Virus record (IMG/VR): IMGVR_UViG_3300017766_004540 | Location: 1 to 33,198 of that record | Reading direction: 5' to 3' (one strand) | From: a virus | Lineage: Duplodnaviria > Caudoviricetes | Length of the DNA stretch: 33,198 bases | In this document: positions 1 to 10,351 of the stretch, piece after piece | How positions within the stretch are numbered: position 1 is the stretch's first letter | Layout of the letters: the number at the start of each line of letters is the position of its first letter | The notes under the pieces: model-generated | Seen by the model: only the letters and a program-made list of their open reading frames with translations | Told to the model about the DNA's origin: nothing | The model's database searches: none | Made by a program: the position numbers and the translations under genes

Positions 1-58
1 CAATGTAGTTTATATTGTTGGTGAGTGACCTCTTTTAGAAACCATATAAAATGACATT

Positions 59-1681
59 ATGAATTTGATGTCATTTTTTCCTGATGGATATGAGCCTCTC
101 CAACAACAATCGGAAATCATTCCGCGTATTGAAAGAGCATTTGAATCAGGAAAGAAGTTTGTTATTTGTTGTGCGCCTACCGGATCGGGCAAATCTTTTC
201 TTTCAAAAACATTAGCCAATAGCAGTTCTGTTTCAACAGCAGAATATATTAATTCCATTAATAGCAATCAGGCATTTTCAATGGATCAATTTGGAAAATA
301 TCTTGATCCAGATAATTGTGCATATATGTCTTCTTTCGGTGCTATTGCTTTGACCATTACTAAAACATTGCAGGATCAATATGCAATGCTATTTAATGAT
401 TCAAAAGTATTGAAGGGAAAATCAAATCATGTATGTGCTATTGATCCGAAATTTACTGTTGATATTGCCCCTTGTATTTTCAATTCAGATTTAAAGCATG
501 AATGCCAAGTTGCTAATAAGTGCCCATATTATAATGCAAGAAATGAAACATTAGTATCACAATTTGGTGTATTGAATTACAGTATGTTTCTTTCATTACC
601 GGATCATGTAAAGAAGCGTGATTACCTCATTTGTGATGAAGCTTCTGAATTGGAAGATGAATTAGTTAAAAGATTTTCGAGAGAATTAAATTTTAAGATT
701 CTCAAGAAGATGAATATTTCAATTACATCTATTCCAATTAATAATTATACAAAGTTTCGTTCTTGGTTAGAAAATTTTGTTGGCGACCTGAGTGAAGAGG
801 TAGACACATTAAGAGAGTCTTTAAAGAAAAAGAAATCTAATATTGCATTAGCTGATAGACAGAAATTATCGTTATTTACAAATTTGCATATGTCTCTTAA
901 GAGTACTATTGATACGTGGGATGATTGTGAATATATTTTAGAAAAGACCAATGAAGCAATTACATTGAAACCTTTGAGGGTAGATAAGCTATCACAGCAT
1001 GTATTCAAATTCGGTGAGAAGATTTTATTGATGTCTGCAACAATTATTGATCATAAGCATTTTGCAAAGACCCTAGGCATTACAGATTATGAATATATTG
1101 AAGTGGATTCAACATTCTCACCAAAGAAAGCACCTATCTTTTGTACCGGTAAGGTTAAATTGAATTATAAAAATTTAAAAACATCACTTCCATATATCGC
1201 AAAGCAAATTAAAAATCTCTGTGATCAACATAAAGATGTTAAGGGTGTAATCCATACACATACTATGGAAATTACTAATTATTTGAGAAATAATATTAAT
1301 GATCCTAGATTCATCTTTCGTGGTGATGGCATGACAAATGAACAAATCCTCAAACAACATTTGGAAGATCCATCTCCAACCATTTTAGTATCACCATCAT
1401 TGACTTATGGTGTAGACTTGAAAGATGATCTAGCTAGATTTCAGATTCTTGTTAAAGCTGCATATATGCCTTTAGGAGATGAAAGAATCAAACGACTCTT
1501 CAAGGAAGATGGTCAATGGTATGTCAATAAGATGCTTAATAATCTCATCCAAGCATGTGGAAGGGGTGTAAGGTCTGTTGATGACTATTGTGTCACTTAT
1601 GTTTTGGACGGATGTATTGTTGATGCTGTTATTCAGAACAAAACAAGACTACCGAAGTACTTCTTGAAGCGGTTCAATTAA
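59..1681 (+). CDS. DinG/Rad3(XPD)-family SF2 helicase with probable Fe-S cluster
   Basis: Q-motif (LQQQ), Walker A APTGSGKS, Walker B ICDEAS, SAT motif III, GVD motif V, QACGRGVRS motif VI; Cys cluster (VC..APC..EC..KCPYY) typical of Fe-S helicases. Confidence 0.85.
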   Translation: MNLMSFFPDGYEPLQQQSEIIPRIERAFESGKKFVICCAPTGSGKSFLSKTLANSSSVSTAEYINSINSNQAFSMDQFGKYLDPDNCAYMSSFGAIALTITKTLQDQYAMLFNDSKVLKGKSNHVCAIDPKFTVDIAPCIFNSDLKHECQVANKCPYYNARNETLVSQFGVLNYSMFLSLPDHVKKRDYLICDEASELEDELVKRFSRELNFKILKKMNISITSIPINNYTKFRSWLENFVGDLSEEVDTLRESLKKKKSNIALADRQKLSLFTNLHMSLKSTIDTWDDCEYILEKTNEAITLKPLRVDKLSQHVFKFGEKILLMSATIIDHKHFAKTLGITDYEYIEVDSTFSPKKAPIFCTGKVKLNYKNLKTSLPYIAKQIKNLCDQHKDVKGVIHTHTMEITNYLRNNINDPRFIFRGDGMTNEQILKQHLEDPSPTILVSPSLTYGVDLKDDLARFQILVKAAYMPLGDERIKRLFKEDGQWYVNKMLNNLIQACGRGVRSVDDYCVTYVLDGCIVDAVIQNKTRLPKYFLKRFN

Positions 1682-1689
1682 ATATATGT

Positions 1690-3147
1690 GTGGAAATACA
1701 GACATTTCATTTTGAGATACGTGATATCATATCGCAATTTATAGCTGCGTTTGATGATGTAGTTATAAATCGATATGATAAAAATCGTAGTGCAAGATCA
1801 AATGTTAAAGTAAGATATGTTTATTCTCCGAAAGAAAGAGTATTATTTGACCTAGTTAATAAAGCACAAAATATGACATTGCCTGTTATTGCAGTTAATG
1901 TCACAGGAATAAGTAGGGATGAAAACAGAGTTTTTTCGAAGCTTTATGGATTTGATGAAAGTGATCACTATGCTGACTTGAAGCCGGGTAAAACACATGC
2001 ACATATTAACATGCCTGTTCCAGTTGATATTGCAATTTCTATGTCAATTCTAACTGAATATCAAACAGACATGGATCAAATATTATCTAATTTTATTCCG
2101 TATTCTAATCCATATGTTGTTATAGCTTGGAAAATACCGGATATCATGGGGACAGCAACTCCTCAAGAAATTAGATCACAAGTTATTTGGTCTGGTGATA
2201 TGTCCATGTCTTATCCTACTGATACAACTAAGTCAGACAAATACAGAATTGAAGCTTCGACTACCTTTACTATTAAGGGGTGGTTATTTCCTAAAGAAAC
2301 GCCCAAACAACAAAACATATTTTTTATCAAAACTGATTTCTCTTCAGCACTATTAGAATGTGATAATTTTTATACAGCTAATGCAGATACTATTCAACTG
2401 CCCGAAAAACACAATACCAGGACTATAGAATTTTCTGCAGCACCTGCTTGTACTTCAATATTCTTCCATGGTACTCTAATAGATAGTGATTTCGTATTCC
2501 AAAAAGAAGAAGCAGATTATCCATTCATGCTTCTAGGCAATAATTACGACCACACAACAAATGTCTTATTGTCTTCTTCGGCAACTATTTTACCATCCAC
2601 ACTTACTATTTTAAATTTTGATTATTATCCCCCCGTAAGTGCATATAACCTTCCATTATCATGTTATAAAATTTTAAACAATTATACCATCGAATTAAAT
2701 TTACCTGAATTGATTAGTAATGGAACATTTAATATCATAGTTGCTAATAGAGCGGGTTGGCAAAAATTCAGATATGATATGAACATAGGTGATGCGCCAG
2801 ATAGTAGTACGCTACCGCCACCAGAACCACCACCACCACCAATTACAGATGTGACAGGGAAATACTTCTTCTCATTGCTTAATAATGATTGGTATGATTT
2901 AGCTAACTGGTATGGTGACTTCAATAAAACAATTCCAGCTACGCTATTACCCGACGACACAACCGACGTCATTGTTTTAGAACACACATTGAGACCTGTT
3001 GTAGATTTGGATAATTTTGAATGGCAAGATCCAAAAAGCATCGATGCTACATTCGCCGGCATTACATTTGCTTCAACTGCTGGTAGCTTAGTATATGCAC
3101 CTATTGTAGGTGATGTCATTTATAATGGCAATGCAGGTCACGGTTAA
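1690..3147 (+). CDS. gp15: T4 gp15-like tail terminator/sheath stabilizer with long C-terminal extension
   Basis: N-terminal FIAAFDDVVINR..VRYVYSPKER..TLPVIAV..PVPVDI..DMDQILSNFIPY..FTIKGWLF pattern of gp15; GTG start 5 nt after TAAATA; Pro linker and extra domains. Confidence 0.75.
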   Translation: MEIQTFHFEIRDIISQFIAAFDDVVINRYDKNRSARSNVKVRYVYSPKERVLFDLVNKAQNMTLPVIAVNVTGISRDENRVFSKLYGFDESDHYADLKPGKTHAHINMPVPVDIAISMSILTEYQTDMDQILSNFIPYSNPYVVIAWKIPDIMGTATPQEIRSQVIWSGDMSMSYPTDTTKSDKYRIEASTTFTIKGWLFPKETPKQQNIFFIKTDFSSALLECDNFYTANADTIQLPEKHNTRTIEFSAAPACTSIFFHGTLIDSDFVFQKEEADYPFMLLGNNYDHTTNVLLSSSATILPSTLTILNFDYYPPVSAYNLPLSCYKILNNYTIELNLPELISNGTFNIIVANRAGWQKFRYDMNIGDAPDSSTLPPPEPPPPPITDVTGKYFFSLLNNDWYDLANWYGDFNKTIPATLLPDDTTDVIVLEHTLRPVVDLDNFEWQDPKSIDATFAGITFASTAGSLVYAPIVGDVIYNGNAGHG

Positions 3148-3176
3148 AATATTAAAGAGTACGATAAATAGTGGAA

Positions 3177-4976
3177 ATGAGTTCTTCAGATGATGGTCGT
3201 TCTTCAACATTTGGCAGAGACTTGATGAATTATATTTCATCAAAGTTGCCGTATTCTGGTTATAATGTTTTAGATGCATCAGATAAGTTGAATCCAAAAT
3301 TTAAGTATTTCGAAGAAGTAGGCTCAAGAAGAGCAGAGGCTTTATCTAGACATTCTGTATCACAAAATAGTGATTATAATAATGCTGGTGTCGGCGCCAT
3401 TCAAAAAGATTCCAGATTCTCTGAAATCATGTATGCTAATATCCAAAAGGATAAACCAGCACGTATACGTGACTATAGAATCATTGCTGCCTTCTCGGAA
3501 GTATCGGATGCACTTGACGAAATTTGTGACGAAGTAATCAATAAAGATTCTGAAGGTAATATTATTAAATTGAAATTCAAAAATGATAATTTAAACGAAA
3601 TCCAAGAAGAAAGTCTTCATAAAGAATTTCAAAAGTATATTCAATATTTTGATTTAGAAAATAAAGGATGGGATATTTTTCGTTCTCTTTTAATTGAAGG
3701 CGAGGTGTTCTTTGAACATATTATTCATGAAAAATATCCAAAAGAAGGTATCTTGGGAACCGTTCAAGTAGCATCAGACATGATTGATCCTGTTTTTACC
3801 AATGTACAAAACATGATGGTAAAAGCTTTTTTATATAGAAAGCCAAAATTTGATCCTAATAATCCAACTAAACAAGTTGGGCACGAGTATATCCCAATGG
3901 ATAAAAATCAAATTACTTATATTCATTCTGGAATTTGGAATGAGAATAAGACAATGCGATTGCCATTCTTAGAAAATGCTAGACGCGCCTATAGGCAATT
4001 GTCTATGATTGAAGATGCTATTATCATTTATCGGTTGGTAAGAGCACCTGAACGATTAGTATTCAATGTAGATGTAGGTAACATGCCTGCCCCCAAAGCA
4101 GAGTCATATCTCAGAAAATTGCAACAGCAATATTGGTCTTCAAAAACCTTTGATAATAATCAAGGCGGCGTAGTTCAGAAATTTAACCCACAAACCATGT
4201 TAGATAGTTACTGGTTTGCGAAACGGGCCGGATCAGAAGGTACTTCAGTTACTACACTACCCGGCGGTGCTAATTTGGGACAATTAGATGATTTGATGTA
4301 CTTCATGAAGAAGTTATATCGAGCATTAAAAATACCTTCTTCTCGTTTGGATCCTCAAGATACATTCAAAGACGGACAAGAAATTCTCCGCGAAGAATTA
4401 AAATTTGCTAGATTTATTATTCGTCTGCAACAACAAATAGCAGCAGGTTTTAAAAATGGATTTATTACACACCTTCAATTAAAGGGATTATGGTCTGATT
4501 TCAAATTAAAAGAACAACATTTTGATTTAGAATTTAACGTACCCACCAATTTCTATGAATTGAGAGAAAGCCAGAAGATGGAAATGAAAGTGAATAACTT
4601 CAACAATATGGCTAATAATCAAAGTATTTCACCTTCATATGCACAAAAGAAATACTTGGGTTGGTCTGATATTGATGTTAAGGCAAATAGAGAATTCTTG
4701 CGAAGAGATAAAGAATTTGCTTGGGAATTGGCTCAAATCGAACAGGCAGGTCCTGATTGGAAAGCTGTTGTAAATGCTCAAGCTGCGGCCGCGGTTGAAC
4801 CCGGCGGTCTGGGTGGTGGCAGTTCTGCATCAGGAGGTGGTTCTACACCACCACCGTTCGTGGGTGGCCCGGCTCCAACAGGAGCTCCTGAACCATCAGG
4901 AGGTGAAACACCCGCACCAGAAACAGGTGCACCCGAAGCTGAAACACCAGCACCTACGCCAGCAGCTGGAACATAA
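3177..4976 (+). CDS. gp20: Portal vertex protein (gp20)
   Basis: QLSMIEDAIIIYRLVRAPERLVFNVDVGNMP, DSYWFAKR, VTTLPGG.NLG, EILREELKFARFI motifs; ATG at 3177 preferred (6 nt after TAAATA) over GTG 3171. Confidence 0.95.
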   Translation: MSSSDDGRSSTFGRDLMNYISSKLPYSGYNVLDASDKLNPKFKYFEEVGSRRAEALSRHSVSQNSDYNNAGVGAIQKDSRFSEIMYANIQKDKPARIRDYRIIAAFSEVSDALDEICDEVINKDSEGNIIKLKFKNDNLNEIQEESLHKEFQKYIQYFDLENKGWDIFRSLLIEGEVFFEHIIHEKYPKEGILGTVQVASDMIDPVFTNVQNMMVKAFLYRKPKFDPNNPTKQVGHEYIPMDKNQITYIHSGIWNENKTMRLPFLENARRAYRQLSMIEDAIIIYRLVRAPERLVFNVDVGNMPAPKAESYLRKLQQQYWSSKTFDNNQGGVVQKFNPQTMLDSYWFAKRAGSEGTSVTTLPGGANLGQLDDLMYFMKKLYRALKIPSSRLDPQDTFKDGQEILREELKFARFIIRLQQQIAAGFKNGFITHLQLKGLWSDFKLKEQHFDLEFNVPTNFYELRESQKMEMKVNNFNNMANNQSISPSYAQKKYLGWSDIDVKANREFLRRDKEFAWELAQIEQAGPDWKAVVNAQAAAAVEPGGLGGGSSASGGGSTPPPFVGGPAPTGAPEPSGGETPAPETGAPEAETPAPTPAAGT

Positions 4977-4984
4977 ATATAATT

Positions 4985-6127
4985 ATGTCCTGCTCGTTAA
5001 CGCCAATTACTGCATTTCAAAGTACAAATTTAAATAGTAGAATTGATTCTTATTCGCGTTTAGCAGATCGTATTGTTAGAATGCTGGGTGCTCCTTTAAT
5101 TTCTGTAGAGACACATCAAGATCAAATATTCGAAGCTATTGCAATTTCATGTGAAATGTTCACAAAATTTGCTGGATATACTAAAGAATATCTAGTATTC
5201 GATTCGGCATTATATGAAAGAGGGAAAGGTATTAGATTAGATTATCTTTATACACTATCAAATACCAACTTGACCAATGAACAAGTTGATAAACATTCAA
5301 CTTTATCAACAACTACGTCACCTTATGTAAATGACCACGAACCCGTTTATATAACATTATCTTCTATACCGGGTTCTTATTTTTCAGGTTCTTCTGCATT
5401 ATCATCTATATTTTCTGATGATTTAAGAGCCAATCAAATTCTAGATAAAGAAATAAGAGATTTGATTGTAACACATAATGCATCATTATCTTCTTTATTT
5501 CAAGAATCTGATATTCAAAAATATTCGTACCGCGGTGAAAAAGATGCACTTCCAAATGCACCTATTAATAAGATGTTTGATTATGATCTCATGGATTATC
5601 GCCGTGTTATATCTGTAACAGACTTCGAAGAAGGTTCTACATCAGGCATTAATACATTGTTTACTATTGAGCAAACCTTAGCACAGCAAACATATTTCTC
5701 TTATGCAATGGGCAATTACGGATTTGATTTGGTTTCTTGGTATACCTTAAAAGAATGGCTCGAATTAAGAGAGAAGTTACTTTCCACAAAAAGAAGTTTT
5801 GATTTTGATGAGAGAACCCAATATCTAAGAATGTATCCAGAACCAAATGATTCAACAAGATTCTATGGCGTATTAGCTTGTTATGTTGAAAGACCAATAA
5901 GAGATATCATCAAGGAAATCTGGGTGTATAAGTATACATTAGCACAAATTAAAGTACTAGTAGGTACTATCAGAGGTAAGATACCAGTAACAATGTTTGG
6001 TGGTCAAATCTTTAATGCAGATCTTCTAAATCAGGGCAGAGAAGAGATGAGAGAACTTGAACAACAATTGTTTACAGCATCTGCGGGCTTCGGCGATTCG
6101 GATCCTGTGACTTTTTTGGTGGGTTAA
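4985..6127 (+). CDS. gp13: Neck/head-tail adaptor protein (gp13-like)
   Basis: RMLGAPLISVE..DQI.EAI N-terminus and WVYKYTLA..GGQIFNA..GREE C-terminus; head-module context. Confidence 0.8.
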   Translation: MSCSLTPITAFQSTNLNSRIDSYSRLADRIVRMLGAPLISVETHQDQIFEAIAISCEMFTKFAGYTKEYLVFDSALYERGKGIRLDYLYTLSNTNLTNEQVDKHSTLSTTTSPYVNDHEPVYITLSSIPGSYFSGSSALSSIFSDDLRANQILDKEIRDLIVTHNASLSSLFQESDIQKYSYRGEKDALPNAPINKMFDYDLMDYRRVISVTDFEEGSTSGINTLFTIEQTLAQQTYFSYAMGNYGFDLVSWYTLKEWLELREKLLSTKRSFDFDERTQYLRMYPEPNDSTRFYGVLACYVERPIRDIIKEIWVYKYTLAQIKVLVGTIRGKIPVTMFGGQIFNADLLNQGREEMRELEQQLFTASAGFGDSDPVTFLVG

Positions 6128-6133
6128 TAATAT

Positions 6134-6589
6134 ATGCCTTCTTTATCTAAAGATCCTAGATTTAAACAAGGAATCTATACTCCTAAAAATAAAGAAAAGT
6201 TTATTGGAAAGATTGCGATATATAGATCTTCTTTTGAATTACAGTTTATGCGTTGGGCCGACAATAACCCCAACGTACTAGAATGGGGTTCAGAAAATAT
6301 TATTGTTCCTTATAGAAGTCCTATTGACAATCGTGTGCATAGATATTATGTCGATAATTTTTTGGTTTTAAAAGAAGGAGAAGTTATTAAAAAATACCTT
6401 GTTGAAATAAAGCCATCTTCTCAAACACAAAAACCAAAACATTCTAATAGAAAGAAAAAACAAACTATTCTTTATGAGAATGCACAGTATGCAGTAAATC
6501 AAGCTAAATGGGAATCAGCTCGTGCATTTGCTAAACAAAAAGGATTTGAGTTTGTTATACTAACCGAGAAAGAACTTTTTTCTAAATAA
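6134..6589 (+). CDS. gp4: Head completion nuclease (gp4, TnsA-like)
   Basis: YRSSFE.FM.W.D.NPNVLEWGSE, PY.SP.D.R.HRYY.D, LVEIKP, VNQAKW..A, F.ILTE. Confidence 0.9.
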   Translation: MPSLSKDPRFKQGIYTPKNKEKFIGKIAIYRSSFELQFMRWADNNPNVLEWGSENIIVPYRSPIDNRVHRYYVDNFLVLKEGEVIKKYLVEIKPSSQTQKPKHSNRKKKQTILYENAQYAVNQAKWESARAFAKQKGFEFVILTEKELFSK

Positions 6590-6621
6590 TAAAAAGATTT
6601 CGAAAAAGCATAAATATCGTT

Positions 6622-7284
6622 ATGCCTCTTAGACTAATCGTCGAAAAACCTGCACCCGAAGAACAGTTTGAATATATCCTAGAAGAAAAAGATAGGAACA
6701 CTCCCGCCACACTTTTTATTCGTGGTCCTTATATGATGGCTGAAGGTGTTAATCGCAATAATCGTTTATATCCGATTAGTGAAATGGAAAGAGAAGTAGA
6801 ACGTTATCGTACAGAGATGATTACAACATCGCGCGCTATGGGTGAATTAAATCATCCGACTAATGCTGATGTAGACTTAGAAAGAGCATGTCATTTAGTA
6901 ACAGAATTAAAACAAGATGGAAATGTTTTCTATGGCAAAAGTAAAGTTTTGAATACACCATGTGGTTTAATTGTTAAATCATTGATTAATGATGGGGTTA
7001 GAGTTGGTATGTCATCACGTGCGTTGGGTCAACTAGTTGAGAGTGGTGGTAAGAATGTAGTAAAAGATATGAGGCTTGTAGCTGTTGATTGTGTTGCAGA
7101 TCCCTCTTTTCCCAAAGCATTCGTAAATGGTATTTTAGAATCTAAGCAATGGGTATTATCACAAGACGGAAAATTCGAAGAAGATTATGATCGTTTCGAA
7201 TCTAATATTTCGTCATTACCAAAGCATGATGTTGATGAGTATTTGAGAAAAATTGTATTAGAGTTTATTAATAAAATTAAATAA
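6622..7284 (+). CDS. gp21: Prohead core protease (gp21)
   Basis: NRNNRLYP, RAMGELNHP, TPCGLIV, GMSSRALG, D.VADPS.P.AFVNGILE. Confidence 0.95.
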   Translation: MPLRLIVEKPAPEEQFEYILEEKDRNTPATLFIRGPYMMAEGVNRNNRLYPISEMEREVERYRTEMITTSRAMGELNHPTNADVDLERACHLVTELKQDGNVFYGKSKVLNTPCGLIVKSLINDGVRVGMSSRALGQLVESGGKNVVKDMRLVAVDCVADPSFPKAFVNGILESKQWVLSQDGKFEEDYDRFESNISSLPKHDVDEYLRKIVLEFINKIK

Positions 7285-7298
7285 GCATAAATATCCTT

Positions 7299-7445
7299 AT
7301 GAGCCAAATACAAGCTATTAAAAAAATTATCCAGTGTATTAGTGAAAAAAATTATGCACAAGCTGATAAATACTTGAAATTAGTCGTGACCGAAAAAATG
7401 AAATCACGTATTAAGAAAGCAATTGCAACTCAAAACATTTTTTAA
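7299..7445 (+). CDS. Small prohead core protein-like (gp67-like), 48 aa, not in ORF track
   Basis: Manual translation MSQIQAIKKIIQCISEKNYAQADKYLKLVVTEKMKSRIKKAIATQNIF; ATG 5 nt after ATAAATA; fills the gp21-gp22 gap. Confidence 0.6.
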   Translation: MSQIQAIKKIIQCISEKNYAQADKYLKLVVTEKMKSRIKKAIATQNIF

Positions 7446-7450
7446 ACGAT

Positions 7451-8338
7451 ATGCCCAAGGATATTACAACACTTTTAAAAGAAGCGACCAAAGACCTCCT
7501 TTCCGAGGAATCGCTTAAATTAATCAAAGAATCATTCGAAGCCGCAGTTAATGAAAAGGTTTCTATTCACGTAGAAAAGGCATTAACTGAACAAGACGCC
7601 GAATATACAACAAAGCTCGAACATCTTCTCGAAGTTCAAGATGCTGATCACACCAATAAGTTAAAGAAAGTAGCAGAAGCTATTGATTTAAATAATACCA
7701 AAAAATTACAAGCTGTTGTAAAGCGTTATAGTCAAGCTTTAACAGAACAAGCCAGTAACTTCCGAGATGGTTTAGTTGACAATCTTTCAAAATATCTTGA
7801 TGTATATCTCGAGAAGGCAATGCCTACCAAAGAATTAAACGAAGCTGTAAAGGATAAAAAGGCACGTATCGTCTTAGAAAATCTTCGTAGAACATTAGCA
7901 GTAGATTCCGCTCTTATGGCTGAATCCATTCAAGAGGCTGTATATGATGGTGCTAATACCATTGCACAAGCAACAGCATCTAATGAACAATTGACTGAAC
8001 AAGTATCTACTCTCACAGAACAATTAGAAGAAGTTAAAGCTCAATTAGTTCTTGAACAAAAACTTTCATCTGTCACACCTGAGAAACGCTCTTATGTAAA
8101 GAGAGTTCTTCAAGGTAAAGACTCACAATTTATTACAGAAAACTTTGATTACACCATTTCTCTCTTTGACCAAAAAGAAGAAGAAAGAGTAGAGGCACTT
8201 CGCGAAGAAGCTCTAGAAAATTCAGTAATCAAAGAGTCGGTTTCAATTCCTGCTTCTGAGGAAGAGGTAATTGAAGAATCAACCGCAGTTTCAACCCCTT
8301 TCCTCCCAGCTTACTTAAGTGAGCTCGGGAAGTACTAA
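7451..8338 (+). CDS. gp22: Prohead core scaffold protein (gp22)
   Basis: Acidic coiled coil, FEAAVNEKV and YLDVY motifs, position between gp21 and gp23. Confidence 0.85.
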   Translation: MPKDITTLLKEATKDLLSEESLKLIKESFEAAVNEKVSIHVEKALTEQDAEYTTKLEHLLEVQDADHTNKLKKVAEAIDLNNTKKLQAVVKRYSQALTEQASNFRDGLVDNLSKYLDVYLEKAMPTKELNEAVKDKKARIVLENLRRTLAVDSALMAESIQEAVYDGANTIAQATASNEQLTEQVSTLTEQLEEVKAQLVLEQKLSSVTPEKRSYVKRVLQGKDSQFITENFDYTISLFDQKEEERVEALREEALENSVIKESVSIPASEEEVIEESTAVSTPFLPAYLSELGKY

Positions 8339-8424
8339 TTTAGTCGAAGTAACCAATACTTGAACATCCTGGACGAAGGTCCTTGAGGTCGAATAAAAAA
8401 ATAAGAAAGGAAAAGACAATCTTT

Positions 8425-9897
8425 ATGCAAATCAAACCTACACAAGCATATATCGATAAGAGTCGTGCAGAAGCACTTCTTGAGAAATGGGCACCTGTGC
8501 TCAATTATTCTTCCAAGACAGTTGCTCCTCTCGAAGACGCACATACACGTTTAAATACCGCAATGCTTCTTGAAAACCAAGAAACATGGTGCTTAAACGA
8601 AGCTGGTAACGTTGCTGGAGGAACAAATTCATTGTTCAATTACGGCAGTGTTGACGTTGGTGGTACCGGTGGAAAATTCGGAAACACTGACAGCTATGCA
8701 GCTGGCGATGCCCGTCTTCCTAAGATTCTCATCCCAATGATTCGTCGTACATTCCCTGAACTCATTTCTAATGAAATTGTCGGGGTTCAACCAATGAGTG
8801 GTCCTGTCGGACTTGCTTTCGCTCTTCGTTATAAGTATGCAAATACTACACTCGGAACAGGCGGAGCAGACGGCGGAGTCGGTGGAGATTCCACCAATCA
8901 CCCATATGCTAATGTTTCCTACGGTGCCGGACTGCCTGGTGCAAACGAAATCGGATATCAACATCTCGATACACGTTATACAGGTGCTTCTTCGGGTGCT
9001 CTCTCAGGTAATGCTGAGTGGTCATTCGCAGCTCAAGATCAAGGCGTTGCTGAAATCTTGAAGAGCTTTGAAATCAATTCAAAGATTCCTACCGTTGAAG
9101 TCTCTTTCGAGAAGACAGCAGTAGAAGCTGGAACACGCCGCTTAGGTGCACGTTGGTCCGTTGAACTTGAACAAGATCTTAAGAATATGAACGGCATCGA
9201 TATCGACGCTGAGATCACAAATGCTATGGCATATGAGATCCAAGCCGAAATCGATCGTGAAATGATCATCCGTATGATCCAAACCGCCCTTAATGGTGGT
9301 CAAGGAGCTGGATATTCTATCTGGAGCCCAATCTCCGCAGATGGTCGTTGGTTAGTTGAGCGCAATCGTGATTTCTATCAACGTTTGATCGTTGAAGCAA
9401 ATCGTATTGCAGTTCGTAACCGCCGTGGTGCTGCTAACTTCGTTGTAGCTACACCTCGCGTATGTGCAATCCTTGAAATGCTTCCTGAATTCCAGTGGGC
9501 ACCAGTTCAAGGTTCTGTAAATACACAACCAGTCGGAGTTGCCAAAGTTGGTAATCTCGGAGGTCGTTTCAATGTATACCGTGATACACGTACAGAAGTA
9601 CAAAATACTTCACAGTATGGTGATCAAGGTTATGGTAGTCCTCGTGCTGGTGTTGAATATGCGCTTCTTGGTTACAAGGGGCCAGAATTCTATGACACTG
9701 GTATCATCTACTGCCCATACATCCCTGTTATGGTTCAAAGAACAATTGGTCCTAATGATTTCGCACCACGCGTTGGATTGCTCACCCGCTACGGCGTTGT
9801 TGACAATATCTTCGGTGCTAATCTCTATTATCACATTATTCTTGTCAAGAATTTGGGACAAGCATTTACACCAGGCGCAAACAGCGTATACTTCTAA
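8425..9897 (+). CDS. gp23: Major capsid protein (gp23)
   Basis: EKWAPVL, LLENQ, IRRTFPELI..EIVGVQPMSGPVGLAFALR, WSVELEQDLK, EIDRE, YCPYIP, GLLTRYG; LNE processing site; ATG 8425 preferred over TTG 8383. Confidence 0.97.
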   Translation: MQIKPTQAYIDKSRAEALLEKWAPVLNYSSKTVAPLEDAHTRLNTAMLLENQETWCLNEAGNVAGGTNSLFNYGSVDVGGTGGKFGNTDSYAAGDARLPKILIPMIRRTFPELISNEIVGVQPMSGPVGLAFALRYKYANTTLGTGGADGGVGGDSTNHPYANVSYGAGLPGANEIGYQHLDTRYTGASSGALSGNAEWSFAAQDQGVAEILKSFEINSKIPTVEVSFEKTAVEAGTRRLGARWSVELEQDLKNMNGIDIDAEITNAMAYEIQAEIDREMIIRMIQTALNGGQGAGYSIWSPISADGRWLVERNRDFYQRLIVEANRIAVRNRRGAANFVVATPRVCAILEMLPEFQWAPVQGSVNTQPVGVAKVGNLGGRFNVYRDTRTEVQNTSQYGDQGYGSPRAGVEYALLGYKGPEFYDTGIIYCPYIPVMVQRTIGPNDFAPRVGLLTRYGVVDNIFGANLYYHIILVKNLGQAFTPGANSVYF

Positions 9898-9922
9898 GAA
9901 GTATTGTAAAGCTAAAAACTTT

Positions 9923-9955
9923 AAGATCCGGTTCGAAAGAGCCGGATCTTTTTTT
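9923..9955 (+). terminator. Rho-independent terminator after gp23
   Basis: AAGATCCGGTTC-GAAA-GAGCCGGATCTT hairpin followed by a T-run. Confidence 0.9.
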
Positions 9956-9976
9956 CTTTAAAGGATAAATAATCTC

Positions 9977-10351
9977 ATGGCAACTCAAACTGATTCAATC
10001 GTATTCGTGTCTACAAGACCAGAAAGTTCTGTATATGGCGGATCTTCAAATTTAAAGCTTGGTGCACAAGTAGCAACTGTTAGTGGTAAGACTATCGTAG
10101 CTATAGCATATAATGGCATTACTAATACACAATCTGCTTCGTCTGTTGTTAAGATTGGTACGGGTGCATTAGAATTATCTGCTGGTAGTGCATATAATGG
10201 TCAAACCATGTATGCTTATTGTTCTGACAGAACAGCTGTTCCATTTGTTTTAAATATTAATGCTTCTGGTGGAGTACAGACTTTAACTGCAGCTGCAGTT
10301 TCTCTTTGGACTCCTAATGAAGTAAGACTTCGTAGACAAGAAATTATCTAA
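9977..10351 (+). CDS. Hypothetical late (probable virion) protein
   Basis: Ser/Thr/Gly/Ala-rich, beta-like; ATG 5 nt after ATAAATA; directly after gp23. Confidence 0.6.
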   Translation: MATQTDSIVFVSTRPESSVYGGSSNLKLGAQVATVSGKTIVAIAYNGITNTQSASSVVKIGTGALELSAGSAYNGQTMYAYCSDRTAVPFVLNINASGGVQTLTAAAVSLWTPNEVRLRRQEII

